A DNA stretch of 63,982 nucleotides, filler included, from Stramenopiles sp. TOSAG23-2 (Eukaryota), in assembly GCA_900128395.1 (NCBI GenBank). It is 4 parts of 4 records of this genome, joined end to end, with 100 filler letters (N's around TTAATTAATTAA, not from the genome) between each part and the next. Parts side by side here need not be neighbours in the genome. Positions count along the whole stretch, not along the records: positions 32,419 to 48,504 come from LT649686.1; 3 more parts are not named here. One strand, written 5' to 3'. The translations under genes were made by a program, and so were the position numbers. The number at the start of each line of letters is the position of its first letter. Position 1 is the first letter of the stretch. Below are positions 35,455 through 46,800 of the stretch, in pieces. Under the pieces are notes generated by a model. It searched no databases and had not been told where the DNA came from. It worked only from the letters and a program-made list of their open reading frames with translations.

Positions 35455-35895
35455 TCAAAAGAAAAACTCGACTTTATTTGTTGCTGCTTCTAAATTATTA
35501 ATTGCTGCGTCATCTAAAAAGTTATCTTGCAAAACAATTGTATGAACAGATTGATTTACTTTTAAACCTTCGGCTAATCCCATTGAACCTTCAAAACCTA
35601 TGTGATTAAATCGCAAATTTAATTCTTCCAATGCGTTATTTTCTTTCAAAGCTAATCCAATTGCAGCAATACCTTCATCTGCGATAGAATTTCCTTGTAC
35701 ATCTAAATGTTGTATACTTTTATTTTTTTTCAACATATCAGCCAATGCAATTGCACTGATATCATCAACATCGTTTCTCCATAGAATTAACACTGCAATT
35801 TTATCATTTGTTTCCATTGCTTTTGCTAATTTTGATGTTCCTTCTGAAATTTTATTATATCGTAAATTTAATTCTTCAATAGATCGATTTTCCAT
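35455..35895 (-). CDS. RNI-like leucine-rich repeat protein (probably a 3' part or last exon)
   Basis: Repeats such as NRSIEELNLRYNKI, NKSIQHLDVQGNSIADEG and NNALEELNLRFNHIGFEG. Confidence 0.75.
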   Translation of the reverse strand: MENRSIEELNLRYNKISEGTSKLAKAMETNDKIAVLILWRNDVDDISAIALADMLKKNKSIQHLDVQGNSIADEGIAAIGLALKENNALEELNLRFNHIGFEGSMGLAEGLKVNQSVHTIVLQDNFLDDAAINNLEAATNKVEFFF

Positions 35896-36467
35896 TAAAA
35901 TATCTTAACAATGTAACACAGTTTTTAAAAGGTGTTTCACCATTTTGTTTTCTAGATACACAAAGATACAATGTTTTAAACACTTTTTACTAACACAATA
36001 TTTTTTTTAGGCACAAATGCAAACAGGACCTATAATAGTTTTGTTTGCAACAAAAGGTATGTCAAAGATATTAATTGCCAAGGTGAATTTAACTAACACC
36101 AAATAAAATAAATACTATATATATATACAAGTTCTGACGATAAAATCGCTTCTAAATCGTATTTTAAGGTATTCTTGCTCTACTAAAACCTTTTTTTTTT
36201 AAAAATATAATTATTCAAAGCAATCAAATTTCAAATTTACCATGTAGATAGCATAAAGAATATAACGATGAATGACTAAGAAACATAGATTTATATACAA
36301 TAATTTAATTACATTCAGTAAGACAGTAGATACATACATAGGTAGATACTCATTAACATAACTCAGATTCTTTCATTTTCTATCTATCTATCTATCTATA
36401 TATATATATATCATTTTTTGATATAACACATTAATATTTATAATATAATATCTAAGATTTATACATC

Positions 36468-37757
36468 ATGTCGTTTCGTGAATTACGTAATTTTACTGAA
36501 ATTATGAGGGCACTTGGTTATCCAAGGTTAGTTAGTGTCGATAACTTTCGTAAACCACATTTTGCATTAGTAGCAGATATCTTGTATTGGATGGCAACAC
36601 GATACGATCCAAATGCACATATTCCAGATGATATCGATACGGAAAATGAACGTGTACTGTTTGTTACCAAAGTGGCTGAATTATTTGCTGCAAAAGCAGG
36701 TATAAAATTAAAAACAAGACGTTTATATGCTGCAGACGGAAAAGCAGTTAAAGAACTTTTGAAAATTGCAGAGTTATTATATAGTGCGTTACGTTCAAAT
36801 AATGCAACGACGGGAATGGATGATGATGATAGCTTTTTAGAGGGCGATGCTGCGTTAAATAACAAAATTGCTGATTTGAAAAATGCAAATAAATTAGGAA
36901 GTGAAATCACGGAAAAAGGTGCCAAGTTATATGACTTGTTGTTGAATGAAAAAGAACTTCGTGACTCTCGTGATAAAGCGTTACGTTTGTTAGATTCTTT
37001 ATCAAATGGACATAATGATGATGATTCAAAAGCGTTGAAGAAAAAGCTACGTGATTTAGTTAAAAATGCAAATGAGAATGTACTTGCTATGGAAAAACAA
37101 GTGCGGGATTTGGAAGCAGATTGCAAAAGTTTACAAACGAAGATTAAGAAAAGACGTACAGATTTAGAACGTAATCAAAAACGTTTGAAAAGTTTACAGA
37201 CGGTACGACCAGCATTTATGGACGAATATGAAAAATTGGAAAGGGAATTACAACGTTTGTATGAAATATATTTGGAACGTTTCCGTAATTTAGATTACAT
37301 GGAGCATGAGTTGGATGGATATAATCGTATAGAAAATGAAAAATTAAGTTTGGAAAAGAGGGAGCTTGATCGATTGAAAAAGAAAATCAAATCTCATGAG
37401 GATAGGTTATTATATGGTGAAAATGATATTGGTGAAGATGATTTCAATCAACGTCCAATGGAACGTCCATCTGCTGCACCTGGTAATCGTGGTGGTAATT
37501 TAAGCCGCGAAGGTGGTAATAATTTTGGTAGGAGAAACGTCAAAGGCTCCATTATTGATGGCTCCGATAGTGAAAGTGAACCATCTGGTTTAAGTGGAAC
37601 GGATTCCGATTCAGATAGATCATTAAGTGGAAGTAGATCCTTAGGAAGTGAAAGTGGTGATTTAATTGATGATGATGATCAAAGTATTTCTGGTGATGAT
37701 TTCTCCGGTGATGGAAATGGTAATTTCAAATCAAGTGATTCAGATGATGATTTTTAA
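36468..37757 (+). CDS. CLUAP1: Clusterin-associated protein 1 / IFT38
   Basis: MSFRELRNFTEIMRALGYPRLVSVDNFRKPHF, LYAADGKAVKELLKI and LKSLQTVRPAFMDEYEKLE. Confidence 0.93.
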   Translation: MSFRELRNFTEIMRALGYPRLVSVDNFRKPHFALVADILYWMATRYDPNAHIPDDIDTENERVLFVTKVAELFAAKAGIKLKTRRLYAADGKAVKELLKIAELLYSALRSNNATTGMDDDDSFLEGDAALNNKIADLKNANKLGSEITEKGAKLYDLLLNEKELRDSRDKALRLLDSLSNGHNDDDSKALKKKLRDLVKNANENVLAMEKQVRDLEADCKSLQTKIKKRRTDLERNQKRLKSLQTVRPAFMDEYEKLERELQRLYEIYLERFRNLDYMEHELDGYNRIENEKLSLEKRELDRLKKKIKSHEDRLLYGENDIGEDDFNQRPMERPSAAPGNRGGNLSREGGNNFGRRNVKGSIIDGSDSESEPSGLSGTDSDSDRSLSGSRSLGSESGDLIDDDDQSISGDDFSGDGNGNFKSSDSDDDF

Positions 37758-38006
37758 TACGTCGTACAAGAAAAAGAAATAATTATATATTATGGTACAT
37801 GTATCATTCAATCAACNNNNNNNNNNNNNNNNNNNNNNNNNNNNNNNNNNNNNNNNNNNNNNNNNNNNNNNNNNNNNNNNNNNNNNNNNNNNNNNNNNNN
37901 NNNNNNNNNNNNNNNNNNNNNNNNNNNNNNNNNNNNNNNNNNNNNNNNNNNNNNNNNNNNNNNNNNNNNNNNNNNNNNNNNNNNNNNNNNNNNNNNNNNN
38001 NNNNNA

Positions 38007-38189
38007 TGTTCAGATGGAATAACGTCCCGTATGACAAATAAACATGTACTTGAAACTTTGAAGAAATCTAAAATGAAAACGAAAGGTATGCAAACCAATC
38101 GAATTAATTATGCAAAAGACTTGGTAGATTTCTCATATAGTAAAGGGAGTATGGATAATATTTCAGCTTTAGTTTTGGAAATGTTGTAA
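38007..38189 (+). CDS. PP2C phosphatase C-terminal fragment (5' part lost in the N gap)
   Basis: My translation: CSDGITSRMTNKHVLETL...AKDLVDFSYSKGSMDNISALVLEML*, with the PP2C SDG and GSxDN motifs. Confidence 0.75.
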   Translation, partial: CSDGITSRMTNKHVLETLKKSKMKTKGMQTNRINYAKDLVDFSYSKGSMDNISALVLEML

Positions 38190-38312
38190 AATTGTATGCG
38201 TGTGTGTAAAAAATCATTCGCTGTAGGCGCAATAATAATAATGTACGAAGTCGTATTTAGTACTGAGCGTATGAGCGTACGAAGTATGTCTTTAAACTAT
38301 CTCCTTGGTATT

Positions 38313-41300
38313 TTACTTCCTCATCATTTGCTTCAATTCCGCTATCCTCTCTTCACTTTTTGACAACTTCGGCATAACACCAAACTTTTTCAATGCATCC
38401 CACAATCTACCAGTATCGTCTAACCACGTTGAAATCGTTGGATTCTCTGCTCCTTTCATCAATTTCATTGCCAATTGTTTTGCTTGACTTGCTTCAATTT
38501 GTTGTTGAATAAGCGTAGCAATTAATGCGTGTTTCAATTCATGGCGTTGCATAGTATTAGGCGATGCATGTTCCTTTAATTTCGCCTCTTGTCGCAATCC
38601 TTCTACACCACCTTTTGCTTTTATGCTTGCAAATAATGACAAGCCACTGCCACTACCTTTTACAGGGCTTGACGATTGACGTTTGCTGGAAGCCATTTTT
38701 TGTCCAGCACCAGGATCTAATTTAGAGGATTCACGGCGTTTCGCATCTCGTTTTGCTGCTCGTTCTTTTCTCTTTATCCTTTCCGATATTACATTTGCAC
38801 TACGTTTATATGCGGATGAAAATCGATGTAAAATATCAAATATCATACTAGCACTTGTTGTTTTTTCATCTTCACCAAAATATGCAACGACACTTTTTTC
38901 ATCTTCCTCAACATCTTCCAATGCAGTTTCTAAAGCTTGGATCACTTTTGATGCAACTGTAGTTACAAATTTTTGACACTGAGAAGTGAATTGTTCTCCA
39001 CGTGGCGACATATTTGCATTTTCTTCCAATGCACCTTTGTGGCTTTCTGCCATCATTTTATTTACACCTTTTTGTAGATTTTTGAAATCTCTACGAACGG
39101 TTTTTAAATCAGTTTTAATGGCATTTTCGATTCCTTTTAAATCTTCAGGAAATTCCGTTTCAGCTTTTTTATTTGGATCATCTGATTCCAATGCCTGCTG
39201 CACAATAAAATCTAAAACACTGGTTTTTTTATCATGCGATTTTGTTTGCATCAATTTCATCAATGAATTCAATTTAAATCCTGAAGCACCACCGGCATGT
39301 GTCCCTTGATTCATCAAGTTACCAATTCGCAGTACACTTTCTAAGACAGACATCAGTTTCTTTGAACTTTTTACTTTGTCCGACGCGCTTGATAAATTGC
39401 TAATATCTTTGGCTAAATCTTTTGCTCTGTTATTAAATGTTAACTTGAATCGGTAAGCCTCTACCTTTTCGACAAAACGTGGGACTCTTATTGCAGCAAA
39501 CATCCATTTTTCTGCTTTTCCACACTTATCCAAGTCCACATTTTGACAACGTTTTAGCTTTTTCACTTCGTCCATTGTTGGACTTATATCAGCTAATGTT
39601 TGTAGCTTTTCTTGTGATAATAATTCTTCATTCATTTCACAAACTGCAGTTACAACATCATCGTATTGTTTAAACGCACGAAATTGTGCCAAGCCAATTT
39701 CAATGTTGTGTAAACGTTTTCCATCAATGCCAGTGGACATGCGTGCATTCTTCTTGGAAGCATCTTTCTTTTTGTTGTTCCTACTTCCTCGCTTTTGTGG
39801 CGTTTTTTTACCAAATAATTGTGCAAGCTGGTTCACTTCTTCGCCTCCATGATTCACCGTTGTATCTACTTTTCCCCAAACAGAATTTCGTAATTTATCT
39901 TCCGGAATGGTTTCCCAGTTTAATTTCATCATCCTTCTAGCAACAGACGCAGCACCTTTTCCTACTGGCGGTTCAATTTTAGGTGTTTCTAAACAAAATG
40001 CAGCAATATCGTCAGCTGGCATCTTATCCATTACCATTTTACCACGTATTCCTCCAAGTGGTATTCCCATCTTTTCCATTTTAAAATATTTGGTATATTT
40101 TTCTTCCTTCTTCATTGCCTCACGGCGATCTTCCATTTTTTTCTTTGCCGCTTCCATCGCTTTTCTTGGAGATCCGTATTGCGGTTTGTCAAATGCACCT
40201 TGAGGAGAAGCTGAATGTTCTCTACAGAAAACTTTGATATCCTTCTCTGGAATACGATCCATTGTCATTTTATGACGTATCGCGCCAATAGGTATACCCA
40301 TTTTTTCCATACTGAAAAACTTCGTAAGTTCTCCTTTTTCTCGTAATTTCTCTCGCTGTTCTTCTAAAGATGGAGCTTTTGTATTGAGTGTTACAAAATT
40401 TCCAGCGCCACCTAATGATGGTTTTGCTGTTTCATTAGATTCTTTACAGAAAATTCTAATATCTTTTTCTGGAATTCTATCCATCGTCATTTTATGACGG
40501 ATAGCACCTAATGGTATACCCATTTTCTCCATGTTAAAAAATTTCTTTAATGCATCTTGTTCGCGTAATTTTTCTCTCGCTTCTTCTGCACCACTGCTGC
40601 CAACTGTTGCTTCTTTTTTGGGGGGTTGTTCCACCTCCTCCTTCTTCTTCTTCGTCGTCGTATTCGACTTTGTCTTCTTGTTTTTCTTTTTTTTCTTGCC
40701 CTTGTTTCTAATAGCAGCCATTAATGCAGATGTTGGATCGGATGTATCGACTTCCTCCTCTTCTTCTTCTTCTTCTTCCACAACCTCTTCTTCTTTATCA
40801 CCACTGTCATTATTTGGAACTTTTTCTTCCCATGCTCGAGCAGTGTTTTGCAACACATCTAGTTTATTTTTCATTGCTTCAGCATCTTTTGTTGCTTGCC
40901 TTGCCTTTGCTAATTCACGTCGTACTCTATCCCGTGCTGTGGCACCAGCTTCTGTTGGAGATTTTGATTTCTTCTTTCGGCTAGATTTCAGTGCACGTTC
41001 CCTTGCAAGTTGTGCTCGTACACGTTGCCCAAGTGTTGCAGTTGGTGAATCGACCGATTCTACTGCTGCGGTATCGTAATGTCCCGCGGTAGGCTGGTGG
41101 TAACTTTGATCATATGAACCATCATTCGTATATGTTGGATCCGCATTCCATGCATTCCATTCACTTATTGTCATCTCATGCCATCCATCATAACCTTCAG
41201 GACATGGATCATCCCATGTAGATTCGCCAGTTTGACCATTGATATAATATGCATGCCCTTCTTCAGTATACTTGCACTCCCATGTAACGTCTCCGTTATC

Positions 41301-43817
41301 TGTATAGATGTATACACCAGAGCCATAATCTTGTTCGACTGTTGCCGTGTTATTATGCTCAGTATTGTAATAATATGAATCATTCGATTCGTTACTATAT
41401 TGCTTACTTATGCTACCATATGAATCATTCGATTCGTTGCTATATTGTTTTCTTATTCCATACCCATCGCCTTGCGAATATGAATTGTGATGATCATATC
41501 CATTATGTTGTTGTTGATGTTGATGATGCTGGTTATGGTAACCACCACTTGGATAATCAGAGCTTTGAGAAAAATTTGACTGATTTCCAGTACTATGATG
41601 ACGCGATGGCATGCCTGCAATATCAAGACCTTCAAAGAGAGAAAATCCAGAGCCGGTTTGTACATTACTATCCATCGAATTGCTACGATGATATCCATTA
41701 TTGTTACTATTATTGCTGTAATGACTATTTGCATCACTGCTATATCCTCCACTCCCAACGCTATTTAAGCTACCTACTCTGCCACGGTGATAATCCGGTT
41801 TGTACATTGGGCGTTGTGGTTCTTGCATTTCTTCCCCGGGCTTTAAGCATCTTCTAAAAAATGGGGTTGAGCGTGGGGTACCAATAATATTCGTCATTCC
41901 TTCCTTTAACAACGCGATACATTCCGTGTGTCGTAATTCTTGGGCAACATTTAACGGTGTTTTTGATTCTATATTTAAACATCTTGGATCAGCAGCAGTT
42001 TGTAAAAGTAATTTAACAATTCTAGCCGCATTAGCAGTTGCTGCTAAATGCAAAGGAGTATTTCCTCGATGATCACCAACATCTAAATCTTCCACTAATT
42101 CAACCATTAATGCAACTGCTTTTTCTTTATCATATGCAGCTGCAACATGTAATGGTGTTCGTCCATTTGCATCAACCAATGCATAATTTGCCCCATGTCG
42201 CAATAAAACTTCCATTGTTTGTGTATCGCCACTTCTTGCAGCAACATGCAATGGTGCATCTTTGTTTGGATCAGCATGATTTACAATCACCGTGTCCATT
42301 TTATGTTTTTGTGCTGTTTCTAATATGACTTGAACACATTTTGCATGTCCATGTTCCACACCTGCTTGCAAAGCTGTTTGTCCATATTGTGGATGTGGAT
42401 CATTCTTTGCACCACGGGAAAGACAAAAGGAGACGATATGTGTGCGACCACGACGACAAGCTACCATTAATGCTGTATCGCCCGTTTCACGTTCCATCAA
42501 ATCAATTGGACAACCTTCATTAACAATACCTTGTACTTCGCCTAGGCGATTATGCCTGCAATGGTCAAATAGAGTATCTCTCCAAAAACGACGTAATTCT
42601 TGCGTGGTTAATTTTAATTCCTGTTGTTTATTATTGTTATTATTATTATTTTGATTAGCATTATTTCCTGGTCTTGGTAAATTCGATTGTATTTGATTGT
42701 GTACAGAATTTGATTGAGGTTGTTGATATTGTTGCTGTTGATGTGGTTGTTGATATTGATTATGTTGTTGTTGCGGCTGTGGTTGATATTGAATAATTGG
42801 TGGTTGTCTGTTTTTCGCTAAATTATTTACATTTTTCCTAACTATTTCACGTAATTCTTTCACCCAAACATTATACTCACTTTCCTCCGTAGCGGCTAGA
42901 TCTAACGTACGACTATCTGTTACCAAACTAAAGCAAAGACTTGGTGGTGGTAAACTATTTCCACCTCGTTTATTTTGCTGTTTAAAAAATGCATTAGTAA
43001 CTTGACCCACTAAAACTTCGTGAACTTTATTTAATGCTAAATCCCTAGCCGGTTTTCGCGGTCGCTGTGGATCAGTCCATTTTAAATATATCCCCGCACC
43101 TTCACTTCCAACATCGTGCACAGTTCGAAACCAACGTACGCGAGGAGCCCCATCATTATTAAACGGTATTTTCCACAAATAGGAACCATTCCATACGCAA
43201 CTTAATTGTGTATCAGCTTTTGGTGATGTTTCTCCACGAGACATAGCTTGTCTCCTTCCATCATCTACCGTTGTACCTATTGCACTGACCGCACCAACAT
43301 TTGTATTTTTATATGCTGCTCGTGTTTTTGCACTGGCACCTTTTATAGCAGGTTCTGCATCTGGGCGAGCATAGCTTGTCGTCTGAGTTTCTAATGGCTT
43401 TAATGATGTATTAGAATTTCGTTGCGATAACGGCCGTGGTTGTGACATAGCTTGGTTTAAAGTAAGTAAATGTGGTCGGTCTTCTTGGACTTCTAAAAAT
43501 TGTGTTTGTGATGGTGGTTTATTGGCAAAATCAGCCGAACTATTTACTTCCCGCTGTAAGGATTTATTCGCAACTTCTTCCGCTTTTTCTACATGTTGTG
43601 GATTGAACCATTGCATTTGTTGTGCAACTCTTCCCCCACCATATTGATGTTGCGCTGTACTATTTTCTTTCCTAGATATCTCCAAAACACCTTCCTCCGT
43701 ATCGTTTGAAATATCAAATGATTTCGTCCTTGCAGAAGCGGATGAAGTTACAACAAATGTTCCCGCTTCATAATCTTCTTCCTCAAAGTTGGCATCATTT
43801 GTTGCATATTTACTCAT
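38313..43817 (-). CDS. Multidomain formin (PH, ankyrin repeats, WW, three short helical repeats, FH2)
   Basis: PH (CFSLVTDSRTLDLAA), ankyrins (TPLHVAA, TPLHLAA), WW (YYINGQTGESTWDDP), three KFFxMEKMGIPxGAIRHKM repeats and FH2 (KLNWETIP...SVW, VLRIGNLMN, GFKLNSLMKL). Likely start MSKY at 43817. Confidence 0.88.
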   Translation of the reverse strand: MSKYATNDANFEEEDYEAGTFVVTSSASARTKSFDISNDTEEGVLEISRKENSTAQHQYGGGRVAQQMQWFNPQHVEKAEEVANKSLQREVNSSADFANKPPSQTQFLEVQEDRPHLLTLNQAMSQPRPLSQRNSNTSLKPLETQTTSYARPDAEPAIKGASAKTRAAYKNTNVGAVSAIGTTVDDGRRQAMSRGETSPKADTQLSCVWNGSYLWKIPFNNDGAPRVRWFRTVHDVGSEGAGIYLKWTDPQRPRKPARDLALNKVHEVLVGQVTNAFFKQQNKRGGNSLPPPSLCFSLVTDSRTLDLAATEESEYNVWVKELREIVRKNVNNLAKNRQPPIIQYQPQPQQQHNQYQQPHQQQQYQQPQSNSVHNQIQSNLPRPGNNANQNNNNNNNKQQELKLTTQELRRFWRDTLFDHCRHNRLGEVQGIVNEGCPIDLMERETGDTALMVACRRGRTHIVSFCLSRGAKNDPHPQYGQTALQAGVEHGHAKCVQVILETAQKHKMDTVIVNHADPNKDAPLHVAARSGDTQTMEVLLRHGANYALVDANGRTPLHVAAAYDKEKAVALMVELVEDLDVGDHRGNTPLHLAATANAARIVKLLLQTAADPRCLNIESKTPLNVAQELRHTECIALLKEGMTNIIGTPRSTPFFRRCLKPGEEMQEPQRPMYKPDYHRGRVGSLNSVGSGGYSSDANSHYSNNSNNNGYHRSNSMDSNVQTGSGFSLFEGLDIAGMPSRHHSTGNQSNFSQSSDYPSGGYHNQHHQHQQQHNGYDHHNSYSQGDGYGIRKQYSNESNDSYGSISKQYSNESNDSYYYNTEHNNTATVEQDYGSGVYIYTDNGDVTWECKYTEEGHAYYINGQTGESTWDDPCPEGYDGWHEMTISEWNAWNADPTYTNDGSYDQSYHQPTAGHYDTAAVESVDSPTATLGQRVRAQLARERALKSSRKKKSKSPTEAGATARDRVRRELAKARQATKDAEAMKNKLDVLQNTARAWEEKVPNNDSGDKEEEVVEEEEEEEEEVDTSDPTSALMAAIRNKGKKKKKNKKTKSNTTTKKKKEEVEQPPKKEATVGSSGAEEAREKLREQDALKKFFNMEKMGIPLGAIRHKMTMDRIPEKDIRIFCKESNETAKPSLGGAGNFVTLNTKAPSLEEQREKLREKGELTKFFSMEKMGIPIGAIRHKMTMDRIPEKDIKVFCREHSASPQGAFDKPQYGSPRKAMEAAKKKMEDRREAMKKEEKYTKYFKMEKMGIPLGGIRGKMVMDKMPADDIAAFCLETPKIEPPVGKGAASVARRMMKLNWETIPEDKLRNSVWGKVDTTVNHGGEEVNQLAQLFGKKTPQKRGSRNNKKKDASKKNARMSTGIDGKRLHNIEIGLAQFRAFKQYDDVVTAVCEMNEELLSQEKLQTLADISPTMDEVKKLKRCQNVDLDKCGKAEKWMFAAIRVPRFVEKVEAYRFKLTFNNRAKDLAKDISNLSSASDKVKSSKKLMSVLESVLRIGNLMNQGTHAGGASGFKLNSLMKLMQTKSHDKKTSVLDFIVQQALESDDPNKKAETEFPEDLKGIENAIKTDLKTVRRDFKNLQKGVNKMMAESHKGALEENANMSPRGEQFTSQCQKFVTTVASKVIQALETALEDVEEDEKSVVAYFGEDEKTTSASMIFDILHRFSSAYKRSANVISERIKRKERAAKRDAKRRESSKLDPGAGQKMASSKRQSSSPVKGSGSGLSLFASIKAKGGVEGLRQEAKLKEHASPNTMQRHELKHALIATLIQQQIEASQAKQLAMKLMKGAENPTISTWLDDTGRLWDALKKFGVMPKLSKSEERIAELKQMMRK

Positions 43818-43855
43818 ATTTTCTATCAAAAATGTACATGTATGTATGTATATAT

Positions 43856-46800
43856 ATGCACATACCTGCACCTCCTCCCACTACGACGTTACAAGCAACG
43901 GTTATTAAAGAACAACATTCGTGGCGAACAACCGTATCTTTTAAAATAAATAATGTGGACTATTCAATTGCTCCTGAAACAATTAATCCAAGGACAACAT
44001 TGGCAGTATACCTACGTAATCATGCTGGGTTGACAGGAACAAAAATTGGCTGCAATGAAGGAGGGTGTGGAGCCTGCACTGTTATTCTAAGCTATGAATT
44101 TGATGGGCTTAAAAAGCATATGCCTGTCAATGCTTGTTTAAGACCAATTGCATCGTGTGATGGTATGTCAATTACAACCGTAGAAGGTATAGGTAGTAAA
44201 AAAAGTGGACTGCACCCAATACAAAGTAGGATGGTAGAATGTAATGCATCACAATGTGGCTTTTGTACACCTGGCTGGGTTAGTAATATGTATGGATTGT
44301 TGTTAAATAATTCAAAGCCAAATATAAATGAAATCCAAGATCATTTTGATGGTAATATTTGTAGATGTACTGGATATAGGTCTATATTGACTGCTATGAG
44401 TTCTTTTGCTGCTATTGATGATGACGATGAGAAACAAAGTGATAATAGTAATAATACGAATAATAAAAGCGATTGTTGTGGTAATGAAACGAAATGTAAA
44501 CATTATGCACATAATAAATCAATTGATATTGAAGATTTATGTTCAAAAATACCACACAAAGAGTCAACTTTTCCACACCAAGTTCCATCATTACCAACAA
44601 CACCGCTTTGTTTACAAACAAATGAATGCACATGGTATACACCAAACACATTAGAACAATTAATCGATTGTATTCAAACATCTACTACGGATCCAGCTGA
44701 TATTGAAATTATACTTGGTAATACTGCTTCTGGGATATTAAAATATTACGATGGGTCCATATTTGGTACAAAAGAACAAGCAACACCAAAATCTGTAGTT
44801 GTTGAATTACGCCAAGTGGCTGAGATGCATGGTAGTAGTATTGGTACCGATGGGAGCATAACAATAGGTGGTGCTAAGAGTATAAATGATTTAATCAATT
44901 TATTAAAGAAAACAAGTAGTACAGATAAAGGTCATTCTCAAATTGTAAATCATTTTAATCGCGTTGCAAACAATCAAGTACGTAATGTTGGTGGATTTGC
45001 TGGTAATTTAGCATTTGCTAGAAAATATCCTACATTTCCAAGTGATTGTGCACTTGTATTAACTGCAGCTAATGCAACATTATCAATCGTATCACCAATT
45101 GATCTTTCGAGTAGTAGTAGTAATAAATATACAAATAATAGAGAGACAAACAAAAAAATATTTACAACAACGATAACTATTCAAGAATATTTGAATACCC
45201 CTGTAAACGATGGAAAGCCTTTAATTATTGTATCAATGACAATACCCAGCTTATCAAAAAATGTGTTGTTTAAATCATTTAAATTAGCAATACGCCGTGA
45301 AAATTCGCATGCAACTATTAATTTCGCTGCCAACGTATCTGAGACGAAGACTATTCAAATATTGTATCATATTGAAAAGATCAAAGGACCATTGCATGCT
45401 ACTACAACTGAGGAATATATTAACAATTTATCGCTTGTAGAACGATTTAATCAAGCATCATTAAATAATGCTATTGTAAAACTTCAAGCAGATTTATCAT
45501 CAAATAATATTTCAAAGAATTCTATTGAATTTTATCAATGCCAATCATTACTTTATAAAGTTTATTTATCCGTACAAACTGAAAGTTTAAACCCGAAGTT
45601 AATCAGTGGTATCGATTGGGAATTACCGCGTAATGTATCTACTGGGACAGAAGTTTATGCAGATCCTGGAGATGAAAAAGAATTGCCTGTTTCGAAGGGA
45701 TATCCAAAAGTAAGTAAACTATAGTAACATATATATATTGAACACACTTCCTTTCTTTTTACCCCCGCCCTTCTTTTCAATGTGCGCATGGCAACCTTTT
45801 AATTATACGATATTATCAAAGTAACGTATTTGCTTACGTGAAAATGGTACTTTATCTAGTTATTTTTTTGTTCATGCGACACGAACTGCATTAGTTTGAA
45901 TCATCATAAATTATTATGTTTTATGGTGATATAGAAAATTGCATACATGTTTAAACATATATATATATATATATATACGAATCTAATTCAATTCACATTC
46001 TTTCTAAATGTATACACACATGTACGCAAATATTTTCTACTTTGTACATATCGCAACTAACACACATTTCAAACGTATATTCGGAATACACACACACACA
46101 CACACACACATGTATGACATAATTTGTCATCAAAAGCTACGAGAAAATTTACAAGCGACTGGTGAAGCGAAATATACAAATGACATTCAAAGCAAGTTTA
46201 ATGATGGGGAATGTTTATATGGTGCATTTGTAAAAAGTACGGTCCCATTGGCAATTTTTGAAAAAATGGATACATCTATAGCATTAGAAATAAATGGAGT
46301 CATTGATGTATTAACCGCGGAAGATGTTCCAGGTAAAAATGATGTTGATATTAAGCATCCGGGTGCAGAGTTTCTATTTACACCAAGTGGGCAAATGGTT
46401 GAATGTGTTGGTCAACCATTGGGATTAGTTTTAGCAACGTCTCAAAAAGTAGCATATGATGCGGCATTGGCCATACAAGCCACTGGGCTGACATTTAAAG
46501 ATGCTGGTACAACAGCCGTATTATCATTAGATGAAGCAATTACGAAAAAACAATTTTTTAATCTGCCAAAAGAAGTTCCATATGTTATTCAAAAAGGTGA
46601 AGATATAGAAAAGGCACTCGATGCTTCGCCACATAAATATGAAGGCACGGTTAATTTTGCGGGTCAAAGGCATTTCTACATGGAAACACAACGAAGTTTT
46701 GTAAAGCCCCAAGAAGGAGGGAATGGTTTCATATTATATTGCAGTTCGCAAGATTTAGATTTAACACAACAAACTGTTGCAAATGCATTAAAATTACCAC

